In this document: positions 25,958-35,312 of the stretch, one piece after another
Layout of the letters: each line of letters opens with the position of its first letter
How positions within the stretch are numbered: the stretch's first letter is position 1
Source: Burkholderiales bacterium
GTDB lineage: Bacteria > Pseudomonadota > Gammaproteobacteria > Burkholderiales > JACQAP01
NCBI GenBank assembly: GCA_046590325.1
Contig: JBKJUC010000103.1
Coordinates: 1 to 52,327, forward strand
Direction of reading: 5' to 3'
DNA: 52,327 nt
The notes under the pieces: model-generated
Database searches by the model: none
The model's input: the letters and a program-made list of their open reading frames with translations, nothing else
Told to the model about the DNA's origin: nothing
Position numbers and translations under genes: made by a program

Positions 25958-28900
25958 ATGGCGCGAAAAACGCCACCGCTCGCCAAGCTCAGTTGCCCGC
26001 GGCTTCACAAGGCGGTGGTGCGCCCGCGTCTGTTCAACGCGCTGGACACGGCGAGGAAACTCAAGACCGCTATTTTCGTGGTCGGTCCGCCGGGTGCCGG
26101 TAAAACCACGCTTGTTGCTTCCTGGATCGAAGCTCGCAAGCACAAAGGCATCTGGTATCAGGTGGATGGCGGGGACGCCGACCTTGCCACGTTTATCTAT
26201 TACCTGGGGGTGGCGGCACGGCCTTATATGCGCAAGGGCCTTCGGCCACTGGCGTTGCTGACACCGGAATTCCTGCTGGATATCCCTGCATTCGGTCGCC
26301 GGTACTTCAGGGAGCTTTTTGCGCGCCTGCCGGAAGGGGCGACGCTGGTGCTGGATAACTATCAGGAAGTCCAGAAAAACAATGTGTTCCACGAACTCAT
26401 TGCGGGCGCTGCCGCGGAAGCGCCGCCCGGCGTGACGATCATCGCCATCAGCCGATCGGACCTTCCCGCAAATTTTGCCCGGCTGCGTGCCAATCAGGCG
26501 ATCGCCGTCGTGGATTGGGACGATCTCAAGTTGTCGACCGCAGAGGGGCTGGCGATAGGCTTGCAGTACCAGAACCTCGATCAAGCGACGATGGCAGCAA
26601 TCCATGAGCGAAGCGCAGGCTGGGTAGCCGGACTCGTGCTCATGCTGGACCGGGCGCGGCGGGGCGACTCCCAGATCGGCAATGCATCAACGGAACCGCT
26701 GCGCGAAGTATTCGACTATTTCGCGGCCCAGATTGTCGACCAGTTGGACGCGGTGACGCAGATGCAATTGTTGCAGCTCAGTTACCTGCCGCGCATGACG
26801 GCGCTGATGGCCGTGGCGATCACTGGAGCGCCTGTGGTGGTCGAGATGCTCGAAGACCTGCACCGGCGGCACTTGTTCGTCAACCGCTGCGGCACCCAGG
26901 AACCGGTCTACGAATTCCACTCCCTCTTCCTGGTGTTCCTGCAGCACAGGGCGCAGCGAACCTTGAACGCAGCGGAGCACCGGGAAACGGCGTTGCATGC
27001 GGCCAGGCTGCTCGAGGCGAGCGGGCGATCCGATGAAGCGTTCGAACTGGATCTGCAGGCGGGCGATGCCGGCGCAGCGGCTGCCGTGGCCCTGCGCCAT
27101 GCTCCGAAACTCATCGAGCAGGGCCGCTGGCAGGTCGTGGTCAAGTGGGTTGAAGCCCTCCCGGAGGCGTTGGTTGCATCGGATTGCTGGTTGCTGCATT
27201 GGCATGGCACGGCACGGATCGCGGTGGAGCCAGCCCGGGCGCGTGCGCTCCTGGAAGACAGTTACAAGGTGGCGGAACAAGTTGGCGACAACCTGTGCCG
27301 GGTGCAGGCGGCGGCGGGAATCATCCAGACGTTCATGCTGGAGTACACCAGATTCAGGCCGATGGATCCCTGGATGGAGGTGCTGAAATCCGGTATCGGT
27401 CCCGACCTTGGTTTCGGAAGCGTCGACGCGGAACTGCGGGCGCAGTCCGCACTGCTGGTTGCATTGGCGTACCGGCAGCCGGACAGTGCGCGCTTGCCGC
27501 TTTGCGCCGAACGTCTGTACCTCCTCTTGAGATCGGACGCGGAGGTCAATCTGCGGACTATCGGCGCAGCTTACCTCGTGGTCTATGGCGTCACGACGGG
27601 GCCGCCCGAAGTCGGTCATCGGGCGCGCCCGGTGCTGGAAGAATTGCTGGAGCACCCGGAGGTGACAGTTCTGACCGCGGGCTGGGCGTGGTTCGTTTTA
27701 GCCTACGCTTATTGTGTCGTGGGGAGCGAGCAGAAGTCGCGCGATGCCGTCGGTCGGGTGGAGCAGATCGGTCGCGATTATGGCTTTCCCCCGCTGGTGC
27801 GGCTGGCGTCGATTGCAGGGTGCTGGGTGGAGATCGGGGCAGGATGCGTGAGCGTTGCGCAAACCTGGCTCGACAAGCTCGATGGTGTCCTGGTGCGCGA
27901 CAATCCCTACGATGTGGCAAGCAGCGCATCTCTGCAAGGGCATCTCGCGTTGTGCAAGGGTAAGACCGAACTTGCCGTCGAGCCCCTCAGTCTGGCCGTG
28001 CAGCTCTACGATGAAGCCGGTACGCATTTCCAGCGCACTTTCGCGCGTCTTCAGGTGGCGATCAATCAGGGATTACTGAAAAACTTCGTCGTTGCCGGAA
28101 CATGGGCAGAGGACGCTCTGGAGATGGCGAAAGCGACTCGTTCCGGTTGGCTGGAGGCGCAGTCCGAATTGGTCTTGGCAGCCCTGGCAATCGGACGCGG
28201 CGACGAATCCGAGGCGGGGAATTGCCTGCGGCGCGCGCTGGAACTTTCCAGGCGGCTGGATTGCACCTGGCCGTTCAGGAACATGCGGCCCTGGATGCCG
28301 TCCCTGCTCGCGTTAGCGCTCGAACTCGGAATCGAAGTCGAGTATGTCCGAAACACGATCCGCCGACACCAACTGAGAGCGCCGTCCGCCGGCAGCGACA
28401 AGTGGCCCTGGCCGATCCGGATTTACACCCTCGGCCAGTTCCGGATACTGCTCAACGATGAGCCGATTTCCTTCCTGCGCAAGGCGCCAAGGAAGGTCAT
28501 TGCGCTGCTCAAGACCATTGTCGCATTCGGCGGAAGCGACGTGCCGGCGCCCTCCCTGATCGATGCGCTCTGGCCGGAAATGGAGGGCGATATCGGCCAG
28601 GAATCGTTCCAGCAGGCATTGCTTCGTCTGCGGCGATTGCTGAATGCCCCCGATGCAGTCCGCCTCGAGAGCGGAAAGGTTTCCCTGAACCAGAGCATGG
28701 TATGGACGGATGTGCAGGCCTTCGCACAGTGCGTCCCGGTTGGAAAGATGGACGAACTGATGGTCGGGAAAGCGCTGATGCTCTATCGGGGAGACTTCCT
28801 GGCCGACGAACCCGATGCACCCTGGGCCGTTTCCTCGAGGGAGCGGATGCGGGCCATTTTCCTTCATGGCGTAGAAACCGCGGGGTCTGCCCTGGAGGCG

Positions 28901-29140
28901 ACCGGTGCATGGCCTAGGGCGATCGAGCTCTATCTCGCGGGATTGAACGCCGATCCACTCGCGGAGGTTTTCTATCAGGGGCTGATGCGTTGCTATGCCT
29001 CCATGGATCGCCGCGTCGAGGCGCTCAGCGTGTACCGCCGGATGTGCCAGCAACTTTCCGTGATTCTGGGGATGAGCCCTTCGGCAACGTCGGAAAAACT
29101 TGCGCGTGAACTCAGGCTGGATTCCTGGCGGCCGCAATAG
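25958..29140 (+). CDS. MalT-like ATPase-TPR regulator with C-terminal winged-HTH/BTAD (SARP-like) module
   Basis: VVRPRL, Walker A GPPGAGKTT, Walker B LVLDNYQ, GWVAGL, YEFHSLF, TPR-like middle, WPWPIRIYTLGQF, LWPE, LYRGDFL, DPLAEVFYQGLMRCY. Confidence 0.9.
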   Translation: MARKTPPLAKLSCPRLHKAVVRPRLFNALDTARKLKTAIFVVGPPGAGKTTLVASWIEARKHKGIWYQVDGGDADLATFIYYLGVAARPYMRKGLRPLALLTPEFLLDIPAFGRRYFRELFARLPEGATLVLDNYQEVQKNNVFHELIAGAAAEAPPGVTIIAISRSDLPANFARLRANQAIAVVDWDDLKLSTAEGLAIGLQYQNLDQATMAAIHERSAGWVAGLVLMLDRARRGDSQIGNASTEPLREVFDYFAAQIVDQLDAVTQMQLLQLSYLPRMTALMAVAITGAPVVVEMLEDLHRRHLFVNRCGTQEPVYEFHSLFLVFLQHRAQRTLNAAEHRETALHAARLLEASGRSDEAFELDLQAGDAGAAAAVALRHAPKLIEQGRWQVVVKWVEALPEALVASDCWLLHWHGTARIAVEPARARALLEDSYKVAEQVGDNLCRVQAAAGIIQTFMLEYTRFRPMDPWMEVLKSGIGPDLGFGSVDAELRAQSALLVALAYRQPDSARLPLCAERLYLLLRSDAEVNLRTIGAAYLVVYGVTTGPPEVGHRARPVLEELLEHPEVTVLTAGWAWFVLAYAYCVVGSEQKSRDAVGRVEQIGRDYGFPPLVRLASIAGCWVEIGAGCVSVAQTWLDKLDGVLVRDNPYDVASSASLQGHLALCKGKTELAVEPLSLAVQLYDEAGTHFQRTFARLQVAINQGLLKNFVVAGTWAEDALEMAKATRSGWLEAQSELVLAALAIGRGDESEAGNCLRRALELSRRLDCTWPFRNMRPWMPSLLALALELGIEVEYVRNTIRRHQLRAPSAGSDKWPWPIRIYTLGQFRILLNDEPISFLRKAPRKVIALLKTIVAFGGSDVPAPSLIDALWPEMEGDIGQESFQQALLRLRRLLNAPDAVRLESGKVSLNQSMVWTDVQAFAQCVPVGKMDELMVGKALMLYRGDFLADEPDAPWAVSSRERMRAIFLHGVETAGSALEATGAWPRAIELYLAGLNADPLAEVFYQGLMRCYASMDRRVEALSVYRRMCQQLSVILGMSPSATSEKLARELRLDSWRPQ

Positions 29141-29296
29141 AATCCGTTCCATGCTTTGCCTAAGTCCCGATTGTGGATTGTCGTAGCTGTGCAGTTGCGG
29201 GCCGTGTTTCTCCAGGAGCCTGTCCCAAACCGGGCGGGCAGTAAACATGCCGTCGTGATTGTCCATCTCCGCACTCAAAAGCTATGATGCCGCATC

Positions 29297-30022
29297 ATGA
29301 AAAGCCCTCCGTTTGACGTCAGGCATCTGGAAGCGCTCGCGGCAACCGGGACGGTACGGTCGTACCCGAAGAATACCGTCCTTATCCAGGAGGGCGACCA
29401 GAGTGATCGGCTCTATGTGGTTCTTTCCGGGCGCCTGAAGGTCTTTCTTTCGGATACCGAGGGCAAGGAAATCATCATCGATACGCTGGGGCCGCAACAG
29501 TTCTTCGGGGAGATGGCGCTGGAGGGCGGTCCTCGGTCCGCGTCCGTGATCTCAATCGAACCCTGCAAGATAGCGGTAATAGAGCGCGATCAGTTCAAGA
29601 GCTTTCTTGTCAGCAACCCGGAGGCGGCCTACGCGCTGATCGTGGCTCTCATCCGCCGTGCCAGCAATCTAACCCGGGCCATCGGAAGCCTCACGCTCCT
29701 GGACGTTTACGGCAGAGTTGCACGCCTGTTGCTGGACCATGCCATTGAAGAAGACGGCAGGATGGTCGTGCGCGAGCGCATGACGCAGCAGGAGATCGCC
29801 AAGCGCGTAAGCGCATCGAGAGAGACCGTATCGCGGATCGTGACCGATTTGCGCGAGGGGGGCTGTATCAGGGTCGTGTCCTATGCATCAAGCGCTAACA
29901 CCGGCTATCAGATCAGGTCGTCTGCATCCAGCGACAGCGACGTAGTCGTTTATCACAGTTCTCTACATTTTGGCGGACGCCTCTCTCTGTGGATCCATGG
30001 GAATACGGCATTCGGACGATAG
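29297..30022 (+). CDS. Crp/Fnr family transcriptional regulator, C-terminus apparently aberrant
   Basis: cNMP domain (FFGEMAL, PRSASV) and HTH (MTQQEIAKRVSASRETVSR). Sequence after LREGGCI does not resemble the usual short wing. Confidence 0.85.
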   Translation: MKSPPFDVRHLEALAATGTVRSYPKNTVLIQEGDQSDRLYVVLSGRLKVFLSDTEGKEIIIDTLGPQQFFGEMALEGGPRSASVISIEPCKIAVIERDQFKSFLVSNPEAAYALIVALIRRASNLTRAIGSLTLLDVYGRVARLLLDHAIEEDGRMVVRERMTQQEIAKRVSASRETVSRIVTDLREGGCIRVVSYASSANTGYQIRSSASSDSDVVVYHSSLHFGGRLSLWIHGNTAFGR

Positions 30023-30111
30023 ACGGAAATAAGCTGGAACCACCCTCCCCTGCACGTGTCCTTCCTGTATGCGGAACATTGGCTTCCGCTCCAGTACAAA
30101 GGAGACCATGC

Positions 30112-30729
30112 ATGAAACTCAAAACCTCGGTTGCAGCAGTTCTTTTTGCATTCGCAGCCACAGGCGCCTGGGCGGGCGACACCGGTCAGCCCCAGGCTGA
30201 GGCGAGCCAGCCGGACGCCACCGGCGCTCAACAGTCATCCGGCACGGTGGACGAAGCCCTGTCGTGGAAGTTCGTGAACGGGCAGGCGGCTGGTTCGGAA
30301 AACCAGGCTGGCAGCGAGCAGGCTGGCGCCGACCAGGCTGGCTCCGACCCGGCCGGATCGGATCAGGCGGCGATGTCCGACGACCAAGGCGGAAGTGACC
30401 AGGCCGCGAGTTCCGAAGAGCAAAGCGGCGGTGATCGAACCGCAAATTCGGAAGCGCAGTCCGGTGACGATCAATCGGCCATGGGCGAGGAAGGAGGCGA
30501 CCAGGCCGCGAGCGCCGACAATCCGGTCGCCCACCTGAAGGACAAGGTGGTGGTGATCATTCCGAAGGGCTGGAAGGGATCCGTTTCCGACCTGATAGCT
30601 GCCCTGGAGGCGTCTCCGGACGCGAAGGATATCGTCGTTGTGCAAGGCGGCGAACCGCAGGCCGGCAACTCATCGGAGGAAGACGACTACGTGGCCTCAA
30701 GAATAAAACCGGCCACCAACCAGCAGTAA
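30112..30729 (+). CDS. Secreted acidic low-complexity protein
   Basis: AAGGAG RBS, signal peptide MKLKTSVAAVLFAFAATGAWA, (G/A)(S/G)DQA repeats, small folded C-terminal segment. Confidence 0.8.
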   Translation: MKLKTSVAAVLFAFAATGAWAGDTGQPQAEASQPDATGAQQSSGTVDEALSWKFVNGQAAGSENQAGSEQAGADQAGSDPAGSDQAAMSDDQGGSDQAASSEEQSGGDRTANSEAQSGDDQSAMGEEGGDQAASADNPVAHLKDKVVVIIPKGWKGSVSDLIAALEASPDAKDIVVVQGGEPQAGNSSEEDDYVASRIKPATNQQ

Positions 30730-30747
30730 CGCTATTGCCCTGAAACG

Positions 30748-30786
30748 AAACGCCCCGACCGCTTCAGCGATGGGGGCGTTTTTATT
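30748..30786 (+). terminator. Intrinsic terminator
   Basis: AAACGCCCC...GGGGCGTTT followed by TTATT. Confidence 0.7.
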
Positions 30787-30800
30787 AAAACTTTAGAGTT

Positions 30801-31007
30801 ACCACGAAGGCACGAAGGACCCGAATACCCTCGCGTCAGCGTGGAGTACCCTTTTAGGGACGCCACGGAAATCAACAGCAAGGGAAGGGTCGGTGTATCA
30901 GTTGTGCTTCTGCCGGCCGTGCCAAATTTACTGAAGATGGTGCATCAGGCCATCGCATACTTCTCGCACTTCTTCGTGCTACTTCGTGTTCTTCGAGCCT
31001 TCGTGGT
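30801..31007. repeat. Palindromic element with 9-bp CACGAAG-type tandem arms
   Basis: ACCACGAAGGCACGAAGGAC ... CTTCGTGCTACTTCGTGTTCTTCGAGCCTTCGTGGT. Confidence 0.8.
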
Positions 31008-31049
31008 CTGATTCCGATCAGCCGTCGGAAAAAACCGAATTTCAGCAGG

Positions 31050-31250
31050 TCAGTAGTGAGGCGGGGTCTCGTCGACCGGCTCGCGAGGCTCATCGGGCAT
31101 CAACGTTTTCGCCTGTTCCCTCAAGGCCCGCATTTCCTTCTGCAGCAGGTCGATCTGCTGTTGCTGAAGATAGACTGTGCGGTTGAGTTCTTCCAGCAAC
31201 TCTTCGCAAAAACTCAGTTTCACTTCCAGTTCGGCAATCCGTGTTTCCAT
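31050..31250 (-). CDS. slyX: SlyX family protein
   Basis: METRIAELEVKLSF..EELN...QQQQI and C-terminal PPHY. Confidence 0.9.
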   Translation of the reverse strand: METRIAELEVKLSFCEELLEELNRTVYLQQQQIDLLQKEMRALREQAKTLMPDEPREPVDETPPHY

Positions 31251-31267
31251 CGCGTTTCCTCCCGCGG

Positions 31268-31486
31268 TCACTTCGCCTGCACGGCGATAGAGTACCCGCC
31301 GCATTCAACCTTCTGCCCGGCGCGGATCTTGGCGGTCTTGCGGCTCTCCGGCTGGCCGTCGACGGTGACCTGTCCTTCCGCGACCAGGTGCTTGCCCTGG
31401 CCGCCGCTGCTGGCGACGCCCGCGACCTTTAGCAGATCGCACAGCCGGATGAATTCGCTCTTGAGTGTGATTTCTACTGTTTTCAC
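31268..31486 (-). CDS. RNA-binding S4 domain protein (YbcJ/YaaA-like)
   Basis: EFIRLCDLLKVAGVASSGGQGKHLVAEGQVTVDG..ESRKTAKIRAG. Confidence 0.9.
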   Translation of the reverse strand: MKTVEITLKSEFIRLCDLLKVAGVASSGGQGKHLVAEGQVTVDGQPESRKTAKIRAGQKVECGGYSIAVQAK

Positions 31487-31525
31487 TTAACGGTACCTTG
31501 ATGGATAAAGCTCAACGTTGATGGG

Positions 31526-32473
31526 TTAGGCGCTGGCAGCGTCGAGCGCAGCGAGTTGCGCGGGTGACAAGGTCAGCCGAGTAGCGGCGAAGAGGTCTTC
31601 GAGCTGGGGCAGAGAAGTGGCGCTGGCGATCGGGGCCGTGATTCCGGGCTGAGCGAGCACCCAGGCGAGTGCGACACGTGCCGGGGTGGATAACGTTTCT
31701 TTGGCGACACTGTCGAGGGCACCGAGAACCTTGAAGCCCTTGTCGTTGAGGTATTTCTTCACCATCTGCCCACGCGGGCCTTTGGCGAGATCTGCTTCTG
31801 AACGGTATTTCCCTGTCAGAAAGCCACTTGCAAGCGAGAAGTAACTGATGACACTGACGCCATTGTCGACGCAGACTTTCTGCATTTTCGCTTCGAAATC
31901 CGCGCGGTCGATCAGGTTGTAGTTCGGTTGCATCGATTCGTAGCGAGGCAGATTGTTTTTTCTGCTGACGGACAGCGCTTCCGCGAAGCGCTCCGCGCTG
32001 TAGTTCGAGGCCCCGATGGCCCGCACCTTGCCGGCGTCAATGAGATTTTCAAAAGCGAGCATCGTGTCGAGCAGCGGCGTCGCCGCGTCATCAGTGCGCG
32101 ACTGGTAGAGATCAATATGGTCAGTCTGCAGGCGCTTGAGCGAATCCTCGACCGCACTCTTGATGTAGGCGGGAGAGAGCCCTTTTCTGTCCAGCGCCAT
32201 TTCCATGCCGAGCTTGGTGGCGATCACGACTTTGTCGCGCTTGCCGCTTTTCTTCAGCCATCTGCCGATGATGGTTTCCGATTCGCCGCCCTTGTTGCCC
32301 GGCACCCACTTCGAGTACATGTCGGCGGTGTCGATGAAATTGAAGCCTTCATCCACGAAACGGTCGAGCAGCCGGAACGAGGTCGCCTCGTCGGCCGTCC
32401 AGCCGAACACGTTGCCGCCGAAGGCCAGCGGCGAGACTTCCAGGCCGGAGCGGCCGAGCTTGCGCTTATGCAT
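31526..32473 (-). CDS. Aldo/keto reductase
   Basis: RKLGRSGLEVSPLAFGGNVFGW, DTADMY, VIATK, SLKRLQTDHIDLYQ, GKVRAIGASN, PIASAT. Confidence 0.92.
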   Translation of the reverse strand: MHKRKLGRSGLEVSPLAFGGNVFGWTADEATSFRLLDRFVDEGFNFIDTADMYSKWVPGNKGGESETIIGRWLKKSGKRDKVVIATKLGMEMALDRKGLSPAYIKSAVEDSLKRLQTDHIDLYQSRTDDAATPLLDTMLAFENLIDAGKVRAIGASNYSAERFAEALSVSRKNNLPRYESMQPNYNLIDRADFEAKMQKVCVDNGVSVISYFSLASGFLTGKYRSEADLAKGPRGQMVKKYLNDKGFKVLGALDSVAKETLSTPARVALAWVLAQPGITAPIASATSLPQLEDLFAATRLTLSPAQLAALDAASA

Positions 32474-32777
32474 GTTGAATCCTTTACTGGTTGGGGCATG
32501 ACCCGATTCGGCGGCGAGCATAGCACCCGAACGATATCGACGTTGTTGTCGGCCAGCGGGTGCAGGGGGGCGCTTTAGCTGTCGTCGATGCATGCATAAA
32601 TACTTCCTTTTACGGCCGGCGGCGCGTCGCGTTGCAGGGCGGCGTGGGTGTAAACGGGCGCCTGCGCCGTCCGAGCCGAACATCCGCGGCCAGGATTCCT
32701 TCAGCATTTCTTCGGCATGACCAAACCCCTGATGCGCTGAACGGCCGCGTCCGCACCAGGCCAGGCTGGGCTAGACT

Positions 32778-33422
32778 ATGGGAATGAATCCTGACCGACG
32801 CAAGAAGCCGCGCAAGCATTTCACCATGATCCGCGGCATGCACCTGGCCGATGTGTTTACGCTGGGGAACGCGGCATGCGGCGTGGCCGGCATGTTCTGC
32901 GCCATGGCCTATGTCGGTAACCAGTCGATGGCGTATTTCTTCGCCGCGGCCGCGCTGGCGCCCGCGGCCTTCATATTCGATGTACTCGACGGCCGCATAG
33001 CGCGGTGGCGGCATACCCATTCCGCACTTGGTCGCGAACTGGATTCTCTGGCGGACGTGATCTCGTTCGGGATTGCGCCGGCGGCGCTCGGCTTCGCGGC
33101 CGGGATGCGTGGCGCATTGGATTGGATCGCGTTCATCTACTTCGTCTGTTGCGGCGTGAGTCGCCTCGCCCGTTACAACGTCACCGCCGAAGAGCTCGCC
33201 GGGGATGAAGGGAAGGTCAAGTATTTCGAGGGAACGCCCATTCCGACCAGCGTGGCGCTGACCGGCGTGCTGGCGTTCGCCGCATGGCAGGATCGACTGG
33301 GCGAGGATATCTACTGGGGCGTATGGTCGATCGGCCCCGCCGATCTGCATCCGCTGGTCCTGCTGTTCGTGCTGTCCGGCACGCTGATGGTCAGCAAAAC
33401 GCTGCGCATTCCGAAGCTGTAA
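32778..33422 (+). CDS. CDP-alcohol phosphatidyltransferase (PssA-like)
   Basis: ADVFTLGNAACG, FDVLDGRIAR...LGRELDSLADVISFG, SRLARYN, FEGTPIP. Confidence 0.9.
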   Translation: MGMNPDRRKKPRKHFTMIRGMHLADVFTLGNAACGVAGMFCAMAYVGNQSMAYFFAAAALAPAAFIFDVLDGRIARWRHTHSALGRELDSLADVISFGIAPAALGFAAGMRGALDWIAFIYFVCCGVSRLARYNVTAEELAGDEGKVKYFEGTPIPTSVALTGVLAFAAWQDRLGEDIYWGVWSIGPADLHPLVLLFVLSGTLMVSKTLRIPKL

Positions 33423-33517
33423 CGGTACCTTCCGGAAACGAGCCCACTAAATGAAACGCCCCGGTTGTTTTCACGATCGGGGCGTCCTGGAGAACCTGGC
33501 AGCGGTACCTGCCGGAA

Positions 33518-34471
33518 TTAGTGCACTTGCTGGATCCCTCCCAGCAACCAGCCGCTGCCGCCGTCGACGGGCTTGACCAGGTTCCAGACTTCCTCGAACG
33601 GTGCCGGACCTTCGCCGTTCTCGCGAATCGTGCCGGTGAAGCGAACGCTGGCGACGTATTCGCCGGACGTTGTCTCGATGCCAAGCAGGCTTGCTTCGAG
33701 ATTGTCGACTTCGGTTCTCCCACCTGAAGCGGTTTCCTCGTCGCGCTGCATCTTGATCTCCGCGAAGACCTCGGGCGTCGTGAACTTGCGGATGTCGGAC
33801 AGGTCTTTTGCATCCCAGGCTGCTTGCAGCCGGTTGAAGTGGACCTTTGCGTTGCGCACAAAGCCCTCCACATCGAAGTCGGCCGGGATGCGTGTGCTCG
33901 CATCGGCAACGACCGTTGATTCCGCCGCCGGCTGCGTGCCGGGTATGGCCGCTCCGTAAGCGTTGGTCGTCGCGCCGCTGCCCACCATCCTGCCGGACAT
34001 CGGGCTTGCGAAGGCCTGCTTCATGGGGTTCATGGGAGCATTGGCGGGTATGGAACCGGTTGAACGCCTGATCATTCGCCAGATGAACATCCCTGCGAAT
34101 ATAAGCAATGCGATGACCAGGATGTTGCCCAGCGCTGCGGCAAACGGCCCCATCAGGCCGAAGTGCGACAGCAAGGCGGCGATGCCAAGGCCGGCAGCGA
34201 GGCCGGTCAGGGGGGCCATCCATCGATTGCCCGCGGGTGCGGGAGCCGCGGCCGGGGAGGCCTGTCCCGGCTTGGATGCGGCATCCTGCGCCGGTGTCCT
34301 GGCCGGCGCCGCTTGATCCCGGCTCATGGTCTGGCGGCCGAAGCTCTTGCCGCCGCCAAGCCGCCGGGCCGCCTCAGCGTCCTGCGCGACCAGCGCGAAG
34401 CCCACCAGGACTACCAGCATCGTTGTCGTTCCGGCCAGCCATTTTCCTAAAGTGCTACGAGTTGTTGTCAT
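33518..34471 (-). CDS. Tim44 domain-containing protein
   Basis: AEAARRLGGGKSFGRQ, GLAAGLGIAALLSHFG, FNRLQAAWD, FEEVWNLVKP...WLLGGIQQ. Confidence 0.9.
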   Translation of the reverse strand: MTTTRSTLGKWLAGTTTMLVVLVGFALVAQDAEAARRLGGGKSFGRQTMSRDQAAPARTPAQDAASKPGQASPAAAPAPAGNRWMAPLTGLAAGLGIAALLSHFGLMGPFAAALGNILVIALLIFAGMFIWRMIRRSTGSIPANAPMNPMKQAFASPMSGRMVGSGATTNAYGAAIPGTQPAAESTVVADASTRIPADFDVEGFVRNAKVHFNRLQAAWDAKDLSDIRKFTTPEVFAEIKMQRDEETASGGRTEVDNLEASLLGIETTSGEYVASVRFTGTIRENGEGPAPFEEVWNLVKPVDGGSGWLLGGIQQVH

Positions 34472-34607
34472 GCAGCCTGTTCAAATGTGGAAATTCGGAA
34501 GTTGAATATGCGGGCGCCGCTGCGTTCTTGCAAGCGCGCATCCTGGTTCTACGATGAAACAATATGTAAGCCGGCTCGGAATTACCGCTACTTGGATCGA
34601 AAGACTT

Positions 34608-35228
34608 TCAGCCAAGTTCGTCCGCTAAAGCCCTTTTCACGGCAGGCCGTTCGGTCATCCGGTTGCGGAAATCCAGAACCTTCGGAAATCGCGCCGGATC
34701 GACGCCATCGCCCTCGAGAAACTGCGCGAGAGTGAAAAGATAGGGATCGCAGATCGTGTAGGCCTTGCCCATCACCCACGGCCCTTCGAACATCTCCCGC
34801 TCGATCAGAGCGAAGCATTCGCCTATGGTGTCGGGCACCTTGCGCTGCATTTCCTTGAGCGCCACGGGATCGTCCGCCCAGCGATAGCCGCGCATGCGGT
34901 GCGCGTGGGCGACGTGGACCGTGGAGCACAGGTAGCTGTTGAATGCTTGCACTCGCGCCAGCTCGAAGGGATTATCCAGCGGCGCAAGCCCCGACTTCGG
35001 AAAGGTCTGGGCGATATAGAGGAGCAGGGCAGGTGTCTCGGTCAGGATGCCGTGGTCCGTGACTAGTGCCGGCACGCGGCCTTTTGGATTGATCGCCAGA
35101 TATTCGGGTTTGCGCTGGTCGTCTGTCTTGAAGCTGATCCGGACGGTCTCGAATCCGGCGCCAGCTTCTTCCAGTGAAATATGCGACGCCAGCGCGCAGG
35201 TTCCAGCGGCGTAGTACAGCTTCAACAT
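34608..35228 (-). CDS. Glutathione S-transferase family protein
   Basis: LKLYYAAGTCALASHISLEE, INPKGRVPAL, LTETPALL, YTICDPYLFT. Confidence 0.92.
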   Translation of the reverse strand: MLKLYYAAGTCALASHISLEEAGAGFETVRISFKTDDQRKPEYLAINPKGRVPALVTDHGILTETPALLLYIAQTFPKSGLAPLDNPFELARVQAFNSYLCSTVHVAHAHRMRGYRWADDPVALKEMQRKVPDTIGECFALIEREMFEGPWVMGKAYTICDPYLFTLAQFLEGDGVDPARFPKVLDFRNRMTERPAVKRALADELG

Positions 35229-35312
35229 CAAGGTGTCCCTGGAAAAGATGCGGGGGGTGCCGGTGCATTCGTATGGACGTCACAACAGTCCGCACCGGAA
35301 GTTCCGGAATTG

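Noticed and set aside
25958-29140. Avs/STAND anti-phage defence protein
   Set aside because: The C-terminal module is wHTH-BTAD and the NTPase is MalT-like, with no nuclease, TIR or other effector domain.
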